Positions 63,977 to 64,000 of a stretch of 64,000 bases of DNA are shown one piece after another. Numbering within the stretch: position 1 is the first letter of the stretch; each line of letters begins with the position of its first letter. This stretch comes from a virus. A program made the position numbers and the translations under genes. The notes under the pieces were generated by a model. That model made no database searches and was not told where the DNA came from. It worked only from the letters and a program-made list of their open reading frames with translations. The stretch lies in the IMG/VR virus record IMGVR_UViG_3300017971_000292; one strand, 5' to 3'.

Positions 63977-64000
63977 TTTGTTATTTTCGGTTTAGGTTTT

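Noticed and set aside
1-64000. Genome-wide reassignment of TAG (alternative genetic code, as in some crAss-like or Lak phages)
   Set aside because: TAG terminates at least three well-defined genes (12514..12516, 29408..29410, 48480..48482), each followed by an RBS and the next gene. Only one in-frame TAG was found, so it is treated as a local event.

Overview
This 64-kb, GC-rich (~60-65%) window looks like a contiguous segment of a double-stranded DNA tailed-phage genome, or a prophage lacking a visible integrase. Genes fall into three transcriptional blocks. Block 1 (1..7093, minus strand) holds about 19 small, mostly translationally coupled genes of unknown function with sigma70-like promoters. 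It also holds a tRNA-like element. Next comes a ~940-bp divergent regulatory region. Block 2 (8033..49354, plus strand) starts with accessory genes: an SPFH/band-7 protein plus lipoprotein, a secreted protein, an MmcB-like nuclease and a GHMP-kinase-like protein. It continues with a morphogenesis module: large terminase, portal, a scaffold with (PEAK)n repeats and the capsid protein. After these come a Gly-rich fibre protein, a purple-acid-phosphatase-like phosphoesterase fusion and a tandem GT2 glycosyltransferase. The block ends with large structural proteins, endonuclease VII, a 2060-aa multidomain protein and a RuvC-like resolvase. Block 3 (49212..63976, minus strand) is a replication and nucleotide-metabolism module. 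It contains a family-A DNA polymerase, a primase/helicase, a Cas4-like nuclease, a DExH helicase and a HAD 5'-nucleotidase. It also has a dNTP-pyrophosphohydrolase-like protein, an HTH-phosphoesterase, a DUF932-like protein and membrane proteins. I found no rRNA, no CRISPR array, no integrase and no reverse transcriptase. Main hunt findings: (1) an in-frame TAG splits an otherwise intact phosphoesterase-fusion gene, although TAG is a real stop elsewhere. (2) The 10-mer GCGGAGCCGG / CCGGCTCCGC is strongly over-represented, with at least ~30 copies in all frames and on both strands. (3) A tRNA-like T-arm/acceptor element sits downstream of a good sigma70 promoter. (4) A conserved ~95-bp hairpin-plus-palindrome element occurs twice and ends in a T7-promoter-like ACTATAGGGGGAG. 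(5) Iteron-like repeats lie in the replication module. (6) The enzyme-rich virion module suggests phosphodiester or glycan chemistry on the virion or on the receptor.
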